From the NCBI RefSeq assembly GCF_009914755.1, contig NC_060926.1: a stretch of DNA of 64,000 nt, one strand, 5' to 3'. This DNA is from the human T2T-CHM13v2.0 reference genome, Homo sapiens. The stretch's first letter is position 1. Every line of letters starts with the position of its first letter. Positions 32,704 to 50,714 of the stretch are shown piece by piece. The notes under the pieces were generated by a model. That model searched no databases. It was given only the letters and a program-made list of their open reading frames with translations, and was not told the DNA's origin. Position numbers and translations under genes: made by a program.

Positions 32704-34663
32704 TAAGTTTCAATAAATTTTTATAAATTCTGCACACAACTCTTCATTAGACATGCAATTTGCAAATATTTTCTTCTAGTGGATGGCCTGTCTTTTTATT
32801 ATCTTAGCAGTGTCTTTCAACAATTTTGAAGATGTCCAATTGATCAATTATATATTTTAGGGATACTACATTTGGTGTCGTATCTCAGAAATCTTTGCCA
32901 AAACCAAGATCATAAAAATTCCCCCAAGTTGTCTTCCCCATGTTTTGTAGTTTTCAGTTTTACATGTGGGTTTATGATCCATTTTGAGTTCATTTTACAT
33001 ACGGTAGAAGTATGTATTAAGGCTCACTTATTTTTGCATCTGGATATTCAATGGTTCACACCATTTTTTTCATAGGACTACCCTTTCTTCATTGAACTGA
33101 CTGCATATCTTTGTTGAAAATCAACTGACTTGAGATGTGTGGATCTATTTCTGGACTCTCTATTCTGTTCCACTAGACATGTTTACATTTTTTTAATGGC
33201 TATGTATTTATTTTTAACAGATATTTTAAGAATATTGGCTTTCCAACTCCAAGTTGTAACTTCCCCTCCTAAATTACCCAGTACTTGAGATTATGGTTGC
33301 CTGAAATTTTGTTGCATAAAGTCATTGTAAAATGCAAACATCTATATTCTAGACCAAGTATCCTCATTTGCAAAACATCTTGTGACATGTTGTTATGACT
33401 TGCCACAGAAATATAAGGCTCTCATTATAAAGAACATTTAAAAAGTACAGCCTCTTTTAAACTTTGTAAAATAGACCCCAATGCAGACAGATACACTTTA
33501 AAAACTAAGACATTTTAAGAGTAGGGCTACTTGGAATATTTTACTTGGAACTAATATGTAGATTCATCAAGTCCTCGAACCCTGGGAATTTCAATTAGCT
33601 ACCTGCCAAGAGCCACAGATAGTGCAATATAGCTGTATAGACGAAATGCCATCTGCTGCTGTGACCAAAAATCACTCTGGCACTGATGCCTATGGTTCCT
33701 CAGAGCTCTCTTTCTTCTGCTAATATTGTATCCATGGTTAACCACAGGGAACTTCTCCATAAATGCTCCCAACTGCCGTGACTATAGGGAAGCCGATAAT
33801 GCAAGAAATTCATCACTAGCACTGATTATGCTAATGATGCATAGCACAATTGACCACACCAAAATACTCATGAACAACTGCCTTAAATTGGCAGAAACTA
33901 TTGAATCCTTGCCAGTTCTCATAGTAAACTGGACACCCAAGTTCCTCCAATTATGTTGTTTTTTCTTGTCTAATCAACGAAGTATATTGTGTGGAGATCC
34001 CTAATGCTCTAAAAGAAGCAACTTGCTGTATCTCCTGAGCAAATACCCCCTAAATGACGTCAGAGTACAAATGAAAGTAAATTACATCTATAGATGTTGA
34101 CATATCATTATTATATGCATCTCCTTCCCTATACCTTTTCACTTGGGCCATGTGACTGATGGATGAGCTTTTTGTGATTATCTCTGCCTCAAAGGTGATC
34201 CAACATAGTGTGTGCCTGCAAGATCTATTTCAGCTTGGACCAGGAGAATGATGAATCATTACTGATTCTGTCTGTTGTTCATCTTTAACCTGCAGCCAGC
34301 AAGAAAGCAGTCAAAATAGCATAGCAGGACCCAGACACCCTCTGTGTCAGAGTTTTTAGTTGCACACAGCAGAATCCACCCTAGATAGTTTAGCAGAATG
34401 TATTAATTATGGAATTTTAGAAAGCTCATAAAATCTGTGGAGGGGGCAGAGAAGCAAGCTCTAGACTAAGTTTCCAGAAATAACATCCAGAATCATGTAC
34501 CACAGAGCTGGTCTAGTAGAAGCCACACTGCCTCTGGCACAATTGGGAAGTTGTTGCATCACCAGTGACTCAGAACAGACTGCCTTTGTGTGTGACCACA
34601 CCAGCAAAACGATGGCCATGCCATGTCTGTCTCTTCATATAACTCCCTTTCTCTTTATCCATC

Positions 34664-35037
34664 TGAATTAGTCTGTTCTCATGCTGCTAATAAAGATATA
34701 CCCAAGACCAGGTAATTTATAAAGGAAAAAGGTTTAATTGATTCACAGTTCAGCATGGCTGGGAGTCCTCAGGAAATTTACAGTCATGGCGGAAGGGTAA
34801 GCAAACATGTCCTTCTTCACATGGTATCAGGAGAGAGAATGAGTGCCCAGCAAAGGGGGAAGCCCCTTATAAAACCATCAGATCTGGTGAGAACTCACTC
34901 AGTAATAGGAGAACAGGATGGGGGAAACCACTCCTGTGATTCAATTATTTCCACCTGGTCCCTCCCACAACATGTGGGGATTATGGGAATTACAATTCAA
35001 GATGAGATTTGGGTAGGGATACAGCCAAACCGTATCA
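34664..35037 (-). mobile_element. THE1C solo LTR
   Basis: TG...CA ends, THE1C-type sequence, TSD ccatc / ccatt. Confidence 0.85.
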
Positions 35038-35042
35038 CCATT

Positions 35043-36400
35043 GTTTTCAGGAGTTTGACTGTCAAGTGCCTAGGTGTGGTTTTTTTTTGGTGTGTTTGTC
35101 TACTTTGGGGTTTGTTGAGCTTCTTAAAAATATAGGTTGATGTCTTTCACTGGATTTGGTAAGTTCTTAGATATTATTTCTTCAATACTGCCTCTATTTT
35201 ATTCTCTCTCTTCTTTTTCTGGAACTTTAATTACATATATAATACAACTTTTTACCATGTTCCACACCTCTCTTATGTTATCTGCTCTATTCTCACTTTC
35301 ACTTTATTATTTTTTCTTTATGTGCTTCAGGTGGAATATTTTCTATTGGCTTGTCTTCAAGGTCACTAATTCTGTCTTCTGCTATGCCCAGTCTGCTGAT
35401 AAAGCCAATTCAATAGATTCTTAATTTAAGGTACTATATTTTACATTTCTAGAATTTCTATTTGACCCATTTTTATATATGCAAATTCTCTACTGAAATA
35501 CATATTTTCATTCATTTTTTCCATGTTTACTTCTATTTTCTTTAACAAATTAATCATAATTATCTTGAGGTTCTTGTCTTTTAACTACAAATATCTGGAT
35601 AATCTCTGAGACAGTTTCTTTCCTTGATTATCTATCTGATTTTCCTGTTTCTTTGAGTATTTGGTAATTTTCATCATATTTTGGACATTGTGAATCATAT
35701 TTGTAGGGCCTCTGGGTTATGTTATATTTCTCTAAACAGTGTTGAGCCTTAGTCAGGAAGGCACTTAAGTTGCCAGAAAATCTCCTGAATTTTACTGATG
35801 CTTTGTCTTGGCCTTTTAGAGGGTAAGTCTGTTTCTATTTTCTTTATAATCCTAGAGTACAGCCCTTACCCCTATGGCATGGCCTTTCTAGGGTTTCAAC
35901 CGAATGTCTAGAGAGTTCACCAAGATTTCTCTACTTTGACTAAACTAGAACTCCAAGACCTACACCTCCCCAGGCCTGTGTCCTGTGACCTCTCAAATCT
36001 CTATTTGGTTCTCAGCCTTCTAGTGGTTGTTCTCTGTTTGTCTTTTAGCATCTCATCCTGCACATTCAGAACTTAGAAGCTGGCAAAGGACCCAAGGAAT
36101 ATTTTCATATACATTTTGGAGGCTCTTTATCTGCCAGTCCTTCATCTCTAGTATCCTGCCCCCAAATTGTATTTGCCTTTGCAGCCCAAACTCCAATCTC
36201 TGCTTCTTTTACCTATCAAGACTATCATTTTCTGCTTAGGCTGTTTCTATCCACCTCATACTGAAAGATGACCTCAAGAAGAAATGCAGGGTGAATAAGA
36301 GGCTCACTTTTAAAACTTCTCTTATTTCAAAAATCTCATCCATACACTGGTTATCCAATGCCTGCAAACATTTTTAAATCATTTTGTCAAGTTTCTATAG
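35043..36400 (-). mobile_element. Old L1M/HAL1 ORF1-region fragment
   Basis: Typical T-rich antisense L1 sequence; boundaries approximate. Confidence 0.55.
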
Positions 36401-37024
36401 TTGCTTACTGTGTGAGGGTGAGTCTGACAACAGCCATTCATCATCCCTGGAACTGGAACTCAGAAAACTCTATTTGAATTAAAGTACTGCTCACATCTGA
36501 TTTGTGAAACCTAAATCCAAGTCTGCTCTCCAACAGCAAAGGAGGCTGAAATCTGTGGAGAAGGGGGGAATTATGGAAGGAATTGATACTGTGGAGAACT
36601 ACCAAATGTGGAGAGAGAGAGTTCAAGTGATATTTATTCAAAAAGGTATCTTCTCTCTCAACATTATCTCATTTTCTTAGCTACTTGTGGCTTCTTGACT
36701 GGGTCATACAATCAGCTAGAGAGACAACGAGGAGCACAAAAACAAGATGAAGTGAAGAAGAAAACTAAGTGCCTGGTGACTTTGTTCATGCCTAAAATAT
36801 ACCTCAATTTTATGGGTAGTCAGGTTTTATTTTTAAAACTACATTTGGCATCTCAGAATATTCAATGTTGACAATTCAGTCTTGTACTTCACTTCTTGAT
36901 GACTGCACATCATATACTTGTTTCAACAGCAAGTTTCCTGAGAAATACATTAGAAAGAAGGTAGTGAGGAGAGTACTGTGTCAGGAGGTATTGAGAAGAA
37001 GGAACAAAATGCCTAAGGCTTATC

Positions 37025-38900
<1,876 letters not shown>

Positions 38901-39256
38901 ATCACACCCTTCATCTAGAGGAAGGCCAGCACCTGGCAAGAGACAGAAAGGCATAGGGTGGGGAGGAAGAAATTAGGGGTTGTTTCACTCCTCAATGACT
39001 GAATTTTCTTGCTAAAGTAGGAGGTGGCTTGTCTCCTGGGAGTCTGAGAATGAGGGTGTATGGTGTCAGGTAAGGGTCCTATGGAGTGGCGACCATAGGA
39101 AACAGTCATAAAAGGAATGGGGAGAGTGGGCAAACTAAGGACAGGATGAAAGCCTCTCATGTGGCATTCAGCATCCAGATGAAGTTAACTCTTCCCCTTT
39201 GGCCACCAGGCAGCACTCAGCCACCCAGCATGGAAGCAAAGAAAGACAATTATGAG

Positions 39257-39637
<381 letters not shown>

Positions 39638-42217
39638 TCAGGCAGTAGTCGGGGAAAACTTGGGGGATCAAAGAGCAGGTTTCATGGGAGCAGGAGATTG
39701 AGAGCTCTGCTTCCTCCCTTTACTCTCATCCTCTGGTGAGAGGCCTAAATGCCTCTGCTTGCTACAGCAACTGTTATGACAGAAACCAAAATAAAACAAA
39801 ACAGAGACAGAGAAAGAGAGCACGAGAGCATTATTTCAAAATTCCTTTAACACATCTTAAAAGACACAAATCATCTAAATTACCCCCCAAAAGCCCTTTT
39901 AAATTCCAAGGCTGAGAACAAAATTATGGTTAAATGTTTAATTAATGTTTATTATAGCTGGCATATTAGTTTTAGAAAGGTCAAATTTATGATACAATGA
40001 AGTAATATTTTTCACACTCTGTGGGCCTACTTTATAGCACACTGGAGCCTACAGTATAATAAATATCTTCTATTATTTTGTAGAACTCTTGTATGCAAAC
40101 CTTTGTGGGGCCAAGATAATACTGAATTACAAGTTGAATGAGCTGGTGTGAACCTCAGGCAAGTCACTTCATCTTTCAGGGCTCAGCTTTCAGGCTTATA
40201 AAATGAAAGGCAGGGATAAATTGCCAAGTTTCCTTCCAGGTTAAAAAAAATTATAAGCATATTTTAACATTTTAAGTGACTGAAGAATTTATAGATTTAC
40301 TTATTTTCTTTTATGATATCATTCTGATCCCAGCTATAATTTACTGAGCTCAGTCCCTCATCAGGAATACAAATTCCAATGATAACACCCTCTCTAGAAA
40401 AAACAGAATCCATTTTACTATAGTGTACTTTATGTTCTGATTTCCCCCACTGTCTGCCTGCATTTACACTTCTCAGGTTTCATCCCTGAAAGTTCAGATA
40501 TTTGTTTACCCTCATGTGACCATACCCTTCTGAGGAGGCTACATTTTATGTTGTCTCTTAGAGCTGTGGCCTTGATTCAGTGGCTAGATGCTCTGCAGCA
40601 ACCTCTGCACATCTCAGCTTAGATTTGTCATTGAAGAGAATATCAGGAAATGCACAGAAAGCATCTATTAGGATGCCTGGTGGATAGGAGACACTCAGTA
40701 AAGTATGCTTAGTATACGGTACAGCATGATGTGTGAGACATCAACAAAATGTGGCATTGTTTTTGTCCTCCATTCAGATGTTCTCCAACCACCAATTGAA
40801 AACTCAGCAGAATGCATGGCTCACTCTTGGGTTAGAGAGGTCCGTGGTAACTTTAAGTCACAAAACACAGTCTTGGTTCAAAATCAGTGCCTGGTTCCAA
40901 GAGATTAGTTACCACTTCCCTCTTCATGCAGAAGATGGCTTCTTCTTTCATTCCCCAGATGCTTAAACCTTCAGGGCCCAGAGGTGGGAGAAAGAAAAGA
41001 AGAGGAGGGCTAAAGAAAAGGAAAGCAAGTTCTCAGATGATGGGTGACTGACACTGTCCTAAGTAAGCTAGGAAGGAGGTTGATACTGACCCTTGATCTC
41101 CAAGCAGTACTGTTGCCTTGATTGCTAGCTGGGCTTTCCAGGAAAGATGCTCCTGATGTGGGTCATGCTCATTTACCTTTGACTAGCCATTTCTTTTCTA
41201 TCTGTCAGGTTCCCATTTATTGTTGTTCCATCCCACTGTTTTTGGGGTCCCCTTACCTCTGGCAGGAACCCTGTTAGGCAGAAAAATCTTGGGCAGAATA
41301 TCTTTGACAATGGCCCTTTACCATTAGCCAGTGGTTTCTTAAATAGGGCACAAAAAAGATTGATGAATTATATTTCATTAGGACCTATGAGCTTCCATTT
41401 AGGTGTAGAAAGTTAGATAGAATATTGTTCTCACCGTAACCAGAAGAAAAAGCTGAATCACTTACATCAGGACTTTTCCTGAACTCATCAGAGAGCAGAG
41501 GTCACAAGGCAATAAATTAGCCTGAAATTTAAGGAAAGACAGATGCCTCCAAGGAGAGCCAGGATGTGACAACTGGCTTACCTGCAGCAGAGCACCTGGG
41601 GAGATGAGGCCACTATGGAAGTGGGTAAGAAGACTGCAGCTAAAATGTTGTAATAAATTGATAAATTTTAATGATTTACAAGTTTTAATGACTTCGCAGA
41701 GCATGAGACTATAGAACCTGTGGAAGCTACAAACACAAGAGGAATTTGCACCCACTCTCAGGCTTTTCTCCATAGATCTCACAGAGTGCTCACAAAAAAA
41801 ATATCAGAGTCAGGGTAGGAGAGCAGAGAACGCATCCTATGACAGTGCAGATCTGCCAGAGAGGATCCAAAGCCCTATAGAATGAACACCCATCACTGCT
41901 GAAGGAAAAGCCACAAACCCACTAGGGTACAAGTGTGGACCCATCACAACTGGGAGAAGGAAATGAAGAAACCATCTTCTCCTGGGGACGGTGAAGGAAA
42001 CTATCTCCCTCACAAGAACATCAAATTCATGAGGCAGAATTTGTCTGCCATGGGGAAAAGAGCAGGATTGTTGAGTAAGCCCTTAGCCCCAAGACCCAGG
42101 GACACAGGCCCTGCCTGAGACTGAGGTTGAACCAGTATTGCAGAATGCCCCTTCCGCTACCAGGCTAGCAAGTGTCTAGTAACAATCTAGTGCAGGGGAA
42201 GGAACAAGAGTGTGGCA

Positions 42218-42573
<356 letters not shown>

Positions 42574-42989
42574 CTACTCCCACTATAAGCAAGGCAACAT
42601 TAATCACCAATAACTTGAAACAACTGATGAATGGAAAAACTGTAACGTAGCCATGTCATGGAATACTACTCAGCAATAAAAAAGAACAAACTATTGATAC
42701 AAACAACATGGGTGAATCTAAAATGCATTATGCTAAGTGAACAAAGCCAGACTCAAAGGCTACACACTGTTGAGTTACACTTACATGACCTTCTAGAAGA
42801 GGCAAAACTATAGGGATAGAGAACAGATCAGTGATTGCCAAAGGCTGGAGGTAGATGAAGGGTTGACTACAAAGGGGAGTGAAGAATTTTTGAGTGGTGG
42901 TGGAACTGTTCTATATCTTGATTATAGTGGTAGTTATACACCATGCATTTTCAAAATTCATAGAACTATGCATTAAAAATAGTGATTTT

Positions 42990-43784
<795 letters not shown>

Positions 43785-43819
43785 TTATTTTACTATATAT
43801 AACATATCTCAAAGACATT

Positions 43820-44985
43820 TAAAAATAAAAAAAAGTACTTCATTAAAATTAAGAAGTTTTGTTCATTTAAAGATGCCATTAAGAGAAGTGAGGAGACAAG
43901 TCATTGATTGGGAGAAAATAAAAAGAAATAGCTCTTGCATACAGAATATATAAAGAACATACAAATAAGTAAGAAAAAAAAGCACAAAACCCAATAGAAA
44001 AATAGGCAAAAGACTTGAGTGGGCTTCTCACAAAAGAGGATACCCAAATGGCTAATAAACATATGAAAAGACACTTGGACAGCTTTATTCTAAGTGCAAA
44101 TAAAAACCATAATGAGGTACCACTACTCAGTCACCACGTTAGATGAAATTAAAGATTAGCAATACCAATGTTGGGGAAGATGTGAAGCAACTGAATTCGG
44201 TTGCAAATTTGTATAACCACTTTGGAAAACTATTTGGCAGTATTTACTAAAGCTAAACACATCTGAGCCTTATGATGTAGTGATTCTGCTCCTAAGTATA
44301 CTATCTATCCAATAGAAATGAATGTATATGTCCAACAAAAGACATGTTCAAGAATGTTGATAGTGCCATTATCATAATAGCAAAAACCTGAAAACGGCTC
44401 AAATTTCTGTTAGCAGGAAAATATATACATATACTATGAAATACTAAACAGCAATAAAGAAGAACAAATAGCTGTAACATGCCACAAAGATGAAACAGAT
44501 ATGATGAATCCAAGAAGTACAAAGGACTATATACTGTGTATATCATTTGATTTATATGAAGTTCAGGAACAGACAAAACTAATCGATGGTCATGAAGTCA
44601 GAATAGTGATCACAGGTGGGGATTGTATTTACTGAGAAGAGGCACTAAGTGGTCTTCTGAGCTGCCAGAAACATTCTAGGTTTTGATCTCAGTGGTTTTT
44701 CATGGGTATGCGTGTGTGTCATAAAGCTTCATCCAAGAGTCTTTGAGTCAGCATTAGACAGTTACTTTATCAAGACACTTGCATTTTCGTCTAGCACCTC
44801 AGTCTGATGTGCATGTCTATGGTTGGTATTGGATATCCCAATCAAAACTTCAATATTAACATCCTGTTATAGTAACTTTTTGGTTGAACCATATGAAATT
44901 ATTGATTGTTGACCGTTTTTGACCTAAAGTGCACTTGTGCACTTTACTACATGTATGTTTACCTCAGTGCAATACAATATAAGGA
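43820..44985 (+). mobile_element. Old L1ME 3' region, interrupted at 44732-44928
   Basis: ORF2 end and 3'UTR ending gtgcactttactacatgtatgtttacctca. Confidence 0.7.
44732..44928 (+). repeat. 197-bp direct copy of 45829-46025
   Basis: About 15 mismatches in 197 bp by manual ungapped alignment. Confidence 0.95.
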
Positions 44986-45978
44986 AAATATCAATTTCAG
45001 CATAGCTCAACAGTTAATGATAATGTGTGCAAAATGAATATAAACAAACTAGGAATACAATAACTTGTCATGGCCCCTGGCCCCTGTGTGTTTCTTATCA
45101 GCCTGAAGATGGAGAAGAAACATGTATTAGCCCTGCAGCCCATGATAGACCAGCTTGATGCAGCTTCTATTCCTTTTAGGTCTCAAGCTTATGCAATGTC
45201 AAAAGAAATATCTTTTTGTTTTAAAAATGCAGATGAAACATTTTTCCTCTAATGTTTTAAAACAAAGACATTTGTTTTATATGCTCTTAATTGGTATTGC
45301 TTAATGTCTGCCAGTTGTTTTCTATCAGGAGAATAAAATTTTTTGTTGCACCATCATCTTCCTACCATATCATTTATCAACTTAAGATTTGTGCACTTCA
45401 AGTATGTTATACCTCAATACAATTTGTTTTTAATGGCCCTGGCCAACACTCCTGGGGAGGCCATATCCACATCAGGCCTCCAGGACTCATGCACTGTGAC
45501 CCTCCTGTGGAATGCAATTATTCCCAGCACAACAACCACTCTTACTTACAGTTCTGCCACTAAAGCAGCTCCTCTATTTCCCTCTGAGCATTGCTCCAGT
45601 CCTCAATCCTTCTAACAGCGAGGGTTACCTACCAACTCCCCAAGCCATCCTCAATCCAGCCCCGCTAGATATTTCTGGGTCTGAGGAGGAGGAAAACCCC
45701 ATCCATTCCCCAACACTTCGCTGAGGACTCACACACAGCCCAGCAAGCTTGTCCCAATGTATTTCATCATAAAGCCTCTCTTCTCCTCCTCATTTGAACT
45801 TTTTGCTATCTTTGATGTGAATGAGAAGTCCAAGAGTCTTTAGATCAGCATTAGACAGTAACTTTATCATTACACTTGCATTTTTGTCTAGCACCTCAGT
45901 CTGATGTGCACATCTATGGTTGGTATTGGATATCTCAATCAAAACTTTGATATTAACATCCTGTTATAGTAACTTTTT

Positions 45979-46596
<618 letters not shown>

Positions 46597-46666
46597 TTAA
46601 TGTTTATAAGTCCTTAGTTTCCTCATATAGGATGCAGTTACACCAGGTAACCTCTAAAACCACTTT

Positions 46667-48297
46667 ATTTTTTAAATTTTTTTAGTATTTATTGAGCATT
46701 CTTGGGTGTTTCTCAGAGAGGCGGATTTGGCAGGGTCATAGGACAATAGTGGAGAGAAGGTCAGCAGATAAACATGTGAACAAAGGTCTCTGGTTTTCCT
46801 AGGCAGAGGACCCTGCAGCCTTCCACAGTGTTTGTGTCTCTGGGTACTTGAGATTAGGGAGTGGTGATGACTCTTAAGGAGCACGCTGCCTTCAAGCATC
46901 TGTTTAACAAAGCACATCTTGCACCGCCCTTAATCCATTTAACCCTGAGTGGACACAGCACATGTTTCAGAGAGCACGGGGTTGGGGGTAAGGTTATAGA
47001 TTAACAGCATCCCAAGGCAGAAGAATTTTTCTTAGTACAGAACAAAATGGAGTCTCCTATGTCTACTTCTTTCTACACAGACACAGTAACAATCTGATCT
47101 CTCTTTCTTTTCCCTACATTTCCCCCTTTTCTATGCGACAAAACTGCCATCCTCATCATGGCCCGTTCTCAATGAGCTGTTGGGTACACCTCCCAGACAG
47201 GGTGGCGGCCGGGCAGAGGGGCTCCTCACTTCCCAGACGTGACGGCTGGGCAGAGGGGCCCCCCACCCCCCAGACGGGGCCGCCAGGTAGAGGCGCCCCC
47301 CACCTCCCAGACAGGGCGGCTGCCGGGCGGAGGGGCTCCTCACTTCTCAGACGGGGCGGCCAGGCAGAGGCGCTCCTCAGTTCCCAGACGGGGTCGTGGC
47401 CAGGCAGAGGCGCTCCTCACTTCCCAGATGGGGTGGCGGCCGGGCAGAGACACTCCTCACCTCCCAGACGGGGCGGCCGGGCAGAGGCGCTCCTCACATC
47501 CCAGACAGGGCGGCCGGGCAGAGGCGATCCCCACATCCCAGACGATAGGCGGCCAGGCAGAGACGCTCCTCACTTCCTAGATGGGATGACGGCCAGGAAG
47601 AGGTGCTCCTCACTTCCCAGACTGGGTGGCCGGGCAGAGGGGCTCCTCACATCCCAGACGATGGGCGGCCGGGCAGAGACGCTCCTCACTTCTAGACAGT
47701 GTGGCGGCCGGGAAGAGGCGCTCTTCACTTCCCAGACTGGGTGGCCGGGCAGAGGGGCTCCTCACATCCCAGAAGACGGGTGGCCAGGCAGACGCTGCTC
47801 ACTTCCTAGGCGGGGTGGTGGCCGGGCAGAGGCTGCAATCTCAGCACTTTGGGAGGCCAAGGCAGGCGGCTGGGAGGTGGAGGTTGTAGCGAGCGGAGAT
47901 CACGCCACTGCACTCCAGCCTGGGCAACATTGAGCACTGAGTGAGCCAAACTCCGTCTGCAATCCCGGCACCTCGGGAGGCCGAGGTGGGCAGATCACTC
48001 GAGGTCAGGAGCTGGAGACCAGCCCGGCCAACACGGCGAAACCCCGTCTCCACCAAAAAATACAAGAACCAGTCAGGCGTGGCGGCGCGAGCCTGCAATC
48101 CCATGCACTCGGCAGGCTGAGGCAGGAGAATCAGGCAGGGAAGTTGCAGTGAGCCGAGATCGCGGCAGTACAGTCCAGCCTCGGCAACAGAGGGAGACTG
48201 TGGAAAGCGGGAGATGGAGACGAGGGAGAGGGGGAGACCGTGGAAAGCGGGAGACGGAGATGACGGAGAGGGAGAGGCAGAGGGAGGAGAGGGAGAG
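46667..48297 (-). mobile_element. SVA (older SVA_A/B type), full structure
   Basis: Short CCCTCT-like head (about 48190-48297), Alu-like region, GC-rich VNTR (about 47180-47830), SINE-R and A-tail; 13-bp TSD ctaaaaccacttt at 46654-46666 and 48298-48310. Confidence 0.93.
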
Positions 48298-49086
48298 CTA
48301 AAACCACTTTCATTTCTAAATGGTAATGATTCTATGAGCAGAAAGCAATATTTTCCCTATATATAATTTTTTAAATACGCCATCTTTACATCAGTTTTGG
48401 TATTTTAACAATTACATCAAGGGTTTCAGTTAGACAAAATGCTAATAAACATAAAAATTGCTACCACAATCCTGAAAATTCACAATTTTACCTTTAATTA
48501 CTGAAACATTCAGATGTTAGGATGCCTAAACTTAAAGTAATAATAACAATGACACTGAGCCCTTCCCATGCTATGCTCATGAGGGACATGGCATTTCCAC
48601 ATTGGCAGCAGTAGCTCCTTTTGGCAGTGAATCTCATCCATGGGAATTAGCAGTCTTGAGGGAAGAACAGGAATGGAGAGAACCTGAGTAGCCTGGAAAA
48701 CCTCTGTGGGTCATTCTGAAATGCTCCTCAGAAAAACATGTGTCTTCCAAAATTGAGAGTCACTGATCTAAATAATTCTTTATTTTGCCAGTATAGACCA
48801 TGACTCTGAATTTAATACATTATTTAACCCCCAGGAGTTGTGAGAAAAGCAGCTAGCAAATGGGATAAGGTATGTCCCACCTAAAATAATACTTTAGGTA
48901 TAATTAGGTAAACAGTAAAACCACTTACTTGGTCTCACTTAAACTAAGTATCAGCTACTAAAATCTGTTCTGTAAACTTCTCAGCTTTGTTTTATAAAGC
49001 CAAAAATATACTTAACATCTTTCAAACATTAAGCATATACCACACAGAAATGGATGCTAATCAATCTAATGTAAGAAGTAAATGTA

Positions 49087-49356
49087 TTGGGAGGCCGAGG
49101 TGAGCGGATCAGGAGGTCAAGAGATCGAGACCATCCTGGCCAACACGGTGAAACCCCGACTCTACTGAAAATACAAAAATTAGCTGGGCGTGGTAGCCTG
49201 CACCTGTAGTCCCAGCTACTCTGGAGGCTGAGGCAGGAGAATCGCTTGAACCCAGGAGGGGGAGGTTTCAGTGAGCCAAGATCGCACCACTGCACTCCAG
49301 CCTGGCGACAGAGTGAGAATCCATCTCAAAAAAAAAAAAAAAAAAACAAAAAAACA
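49087..49356 (+). mobile_element. AluSc, 5'-truncated
   Basis: ggtcaagagatcgag and agcctggcgacag; TSD aa[g/a]aagtaaatgta. Confidence 0.88.
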
Positions 49357-50471
49357 AAAAAGTAAATGTAAAAATCTTTATCATGATAATAATAGGAAAA
49401 TATAAAAATCTTCAAGTTATAAATGACAACTTGTCACAGAAGCAACTAGAATCAATAGGGAACAAAAGGAAAGATCTAATTTAATAAATGAAAGTTATTT
49501 AAAAATCCAGAGTGAACTATTTATTATATAACAGGTATCTGTTACTGAATAAAGGGGGAGAGGTGAAGAGGATGAAAGAGGATGGGAGAAAATGGTCACA
49601 GTAGCTGTGTGACCTTTGCTTCAGTTTTTTCATCTAAGGATGGGAATAGTACTTCTCCCATCCACTCTTACATGTATTCAAGGAGTTTCCACGTGATTGA
49701 TATATGGTTAACTTCTATATACATGTGAGTATTATTACTTGCTTAATTTAAAACAATTACAAAAATGCAGAGTATATAAGATGCTATAGCATGGCTCACT
49801 TAAAAATTAAAAGTCTGTGTGTTTGTTTACGTGTATGTTATAAGGTGAGTTATTGTGAAATTAACTGGTGACAGAGTAACTTCTGTTTTCTTGCCCTTGT
49901 GTTCTTGTTGACTAAAGAATGAAACAATAAAACAGTAATTTCCCAGTTCCTTTTTAGGAAAATATCAGTCACATCTTTGAGTTCTGTATTTGGGGTATTT
50001 GTGTTTCAGATCCAACTAGGAGGATCAAGCAGAGTTGTTGTGGTGGGGAAGAGATAAGTAAGTACCACCCCCAGGGCAAGTGCTGGCCTCCCTGTGACTA
50101 GAAAGACTGAGGTAGAGCAGGCTCTGTGAATGGTGGAGCAGGCATTTCACTTTCAGGCAAGACCTGGAGATGGTAAAGCCCCTGAAGGTGAGCATCTGGC
50201 TGTATGGACATCCAGGAGTCAAATACTAGCAGAGCAGCCCTGGGACCACAGTGAAGATCTCCGCAGCAAGTAGGCACAGAGAGTGACTTCTGCCCGAGGG
50301 GGCCCCCCACCTCGTTATGGACAGGACAAACTTGAAAAAATGACCTGCACAGGCTTTCAAACTATTATATAACCCTATTATTTTCTAGAGGGTAGGAAAA
50401 AAATAATTTTTAAAGAACCATTGAAAATACATGTACATTGCTTAATAATTATTGACTACTAAAACAATTTA

Positions 50472-50714
<243 letters not shown>

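Noticed and set aside
47180-47830. CRISPR-like periodic repeats
   Set aside because: Tandem VNTR units with no unique spacers; eukaryotic context
47133-47933. 266-aa and overlapping GC-rich ORFs, apparent CpG island
   Set aside because: SVA VNTR; stop-poor repeat, not a gene or gene promoter
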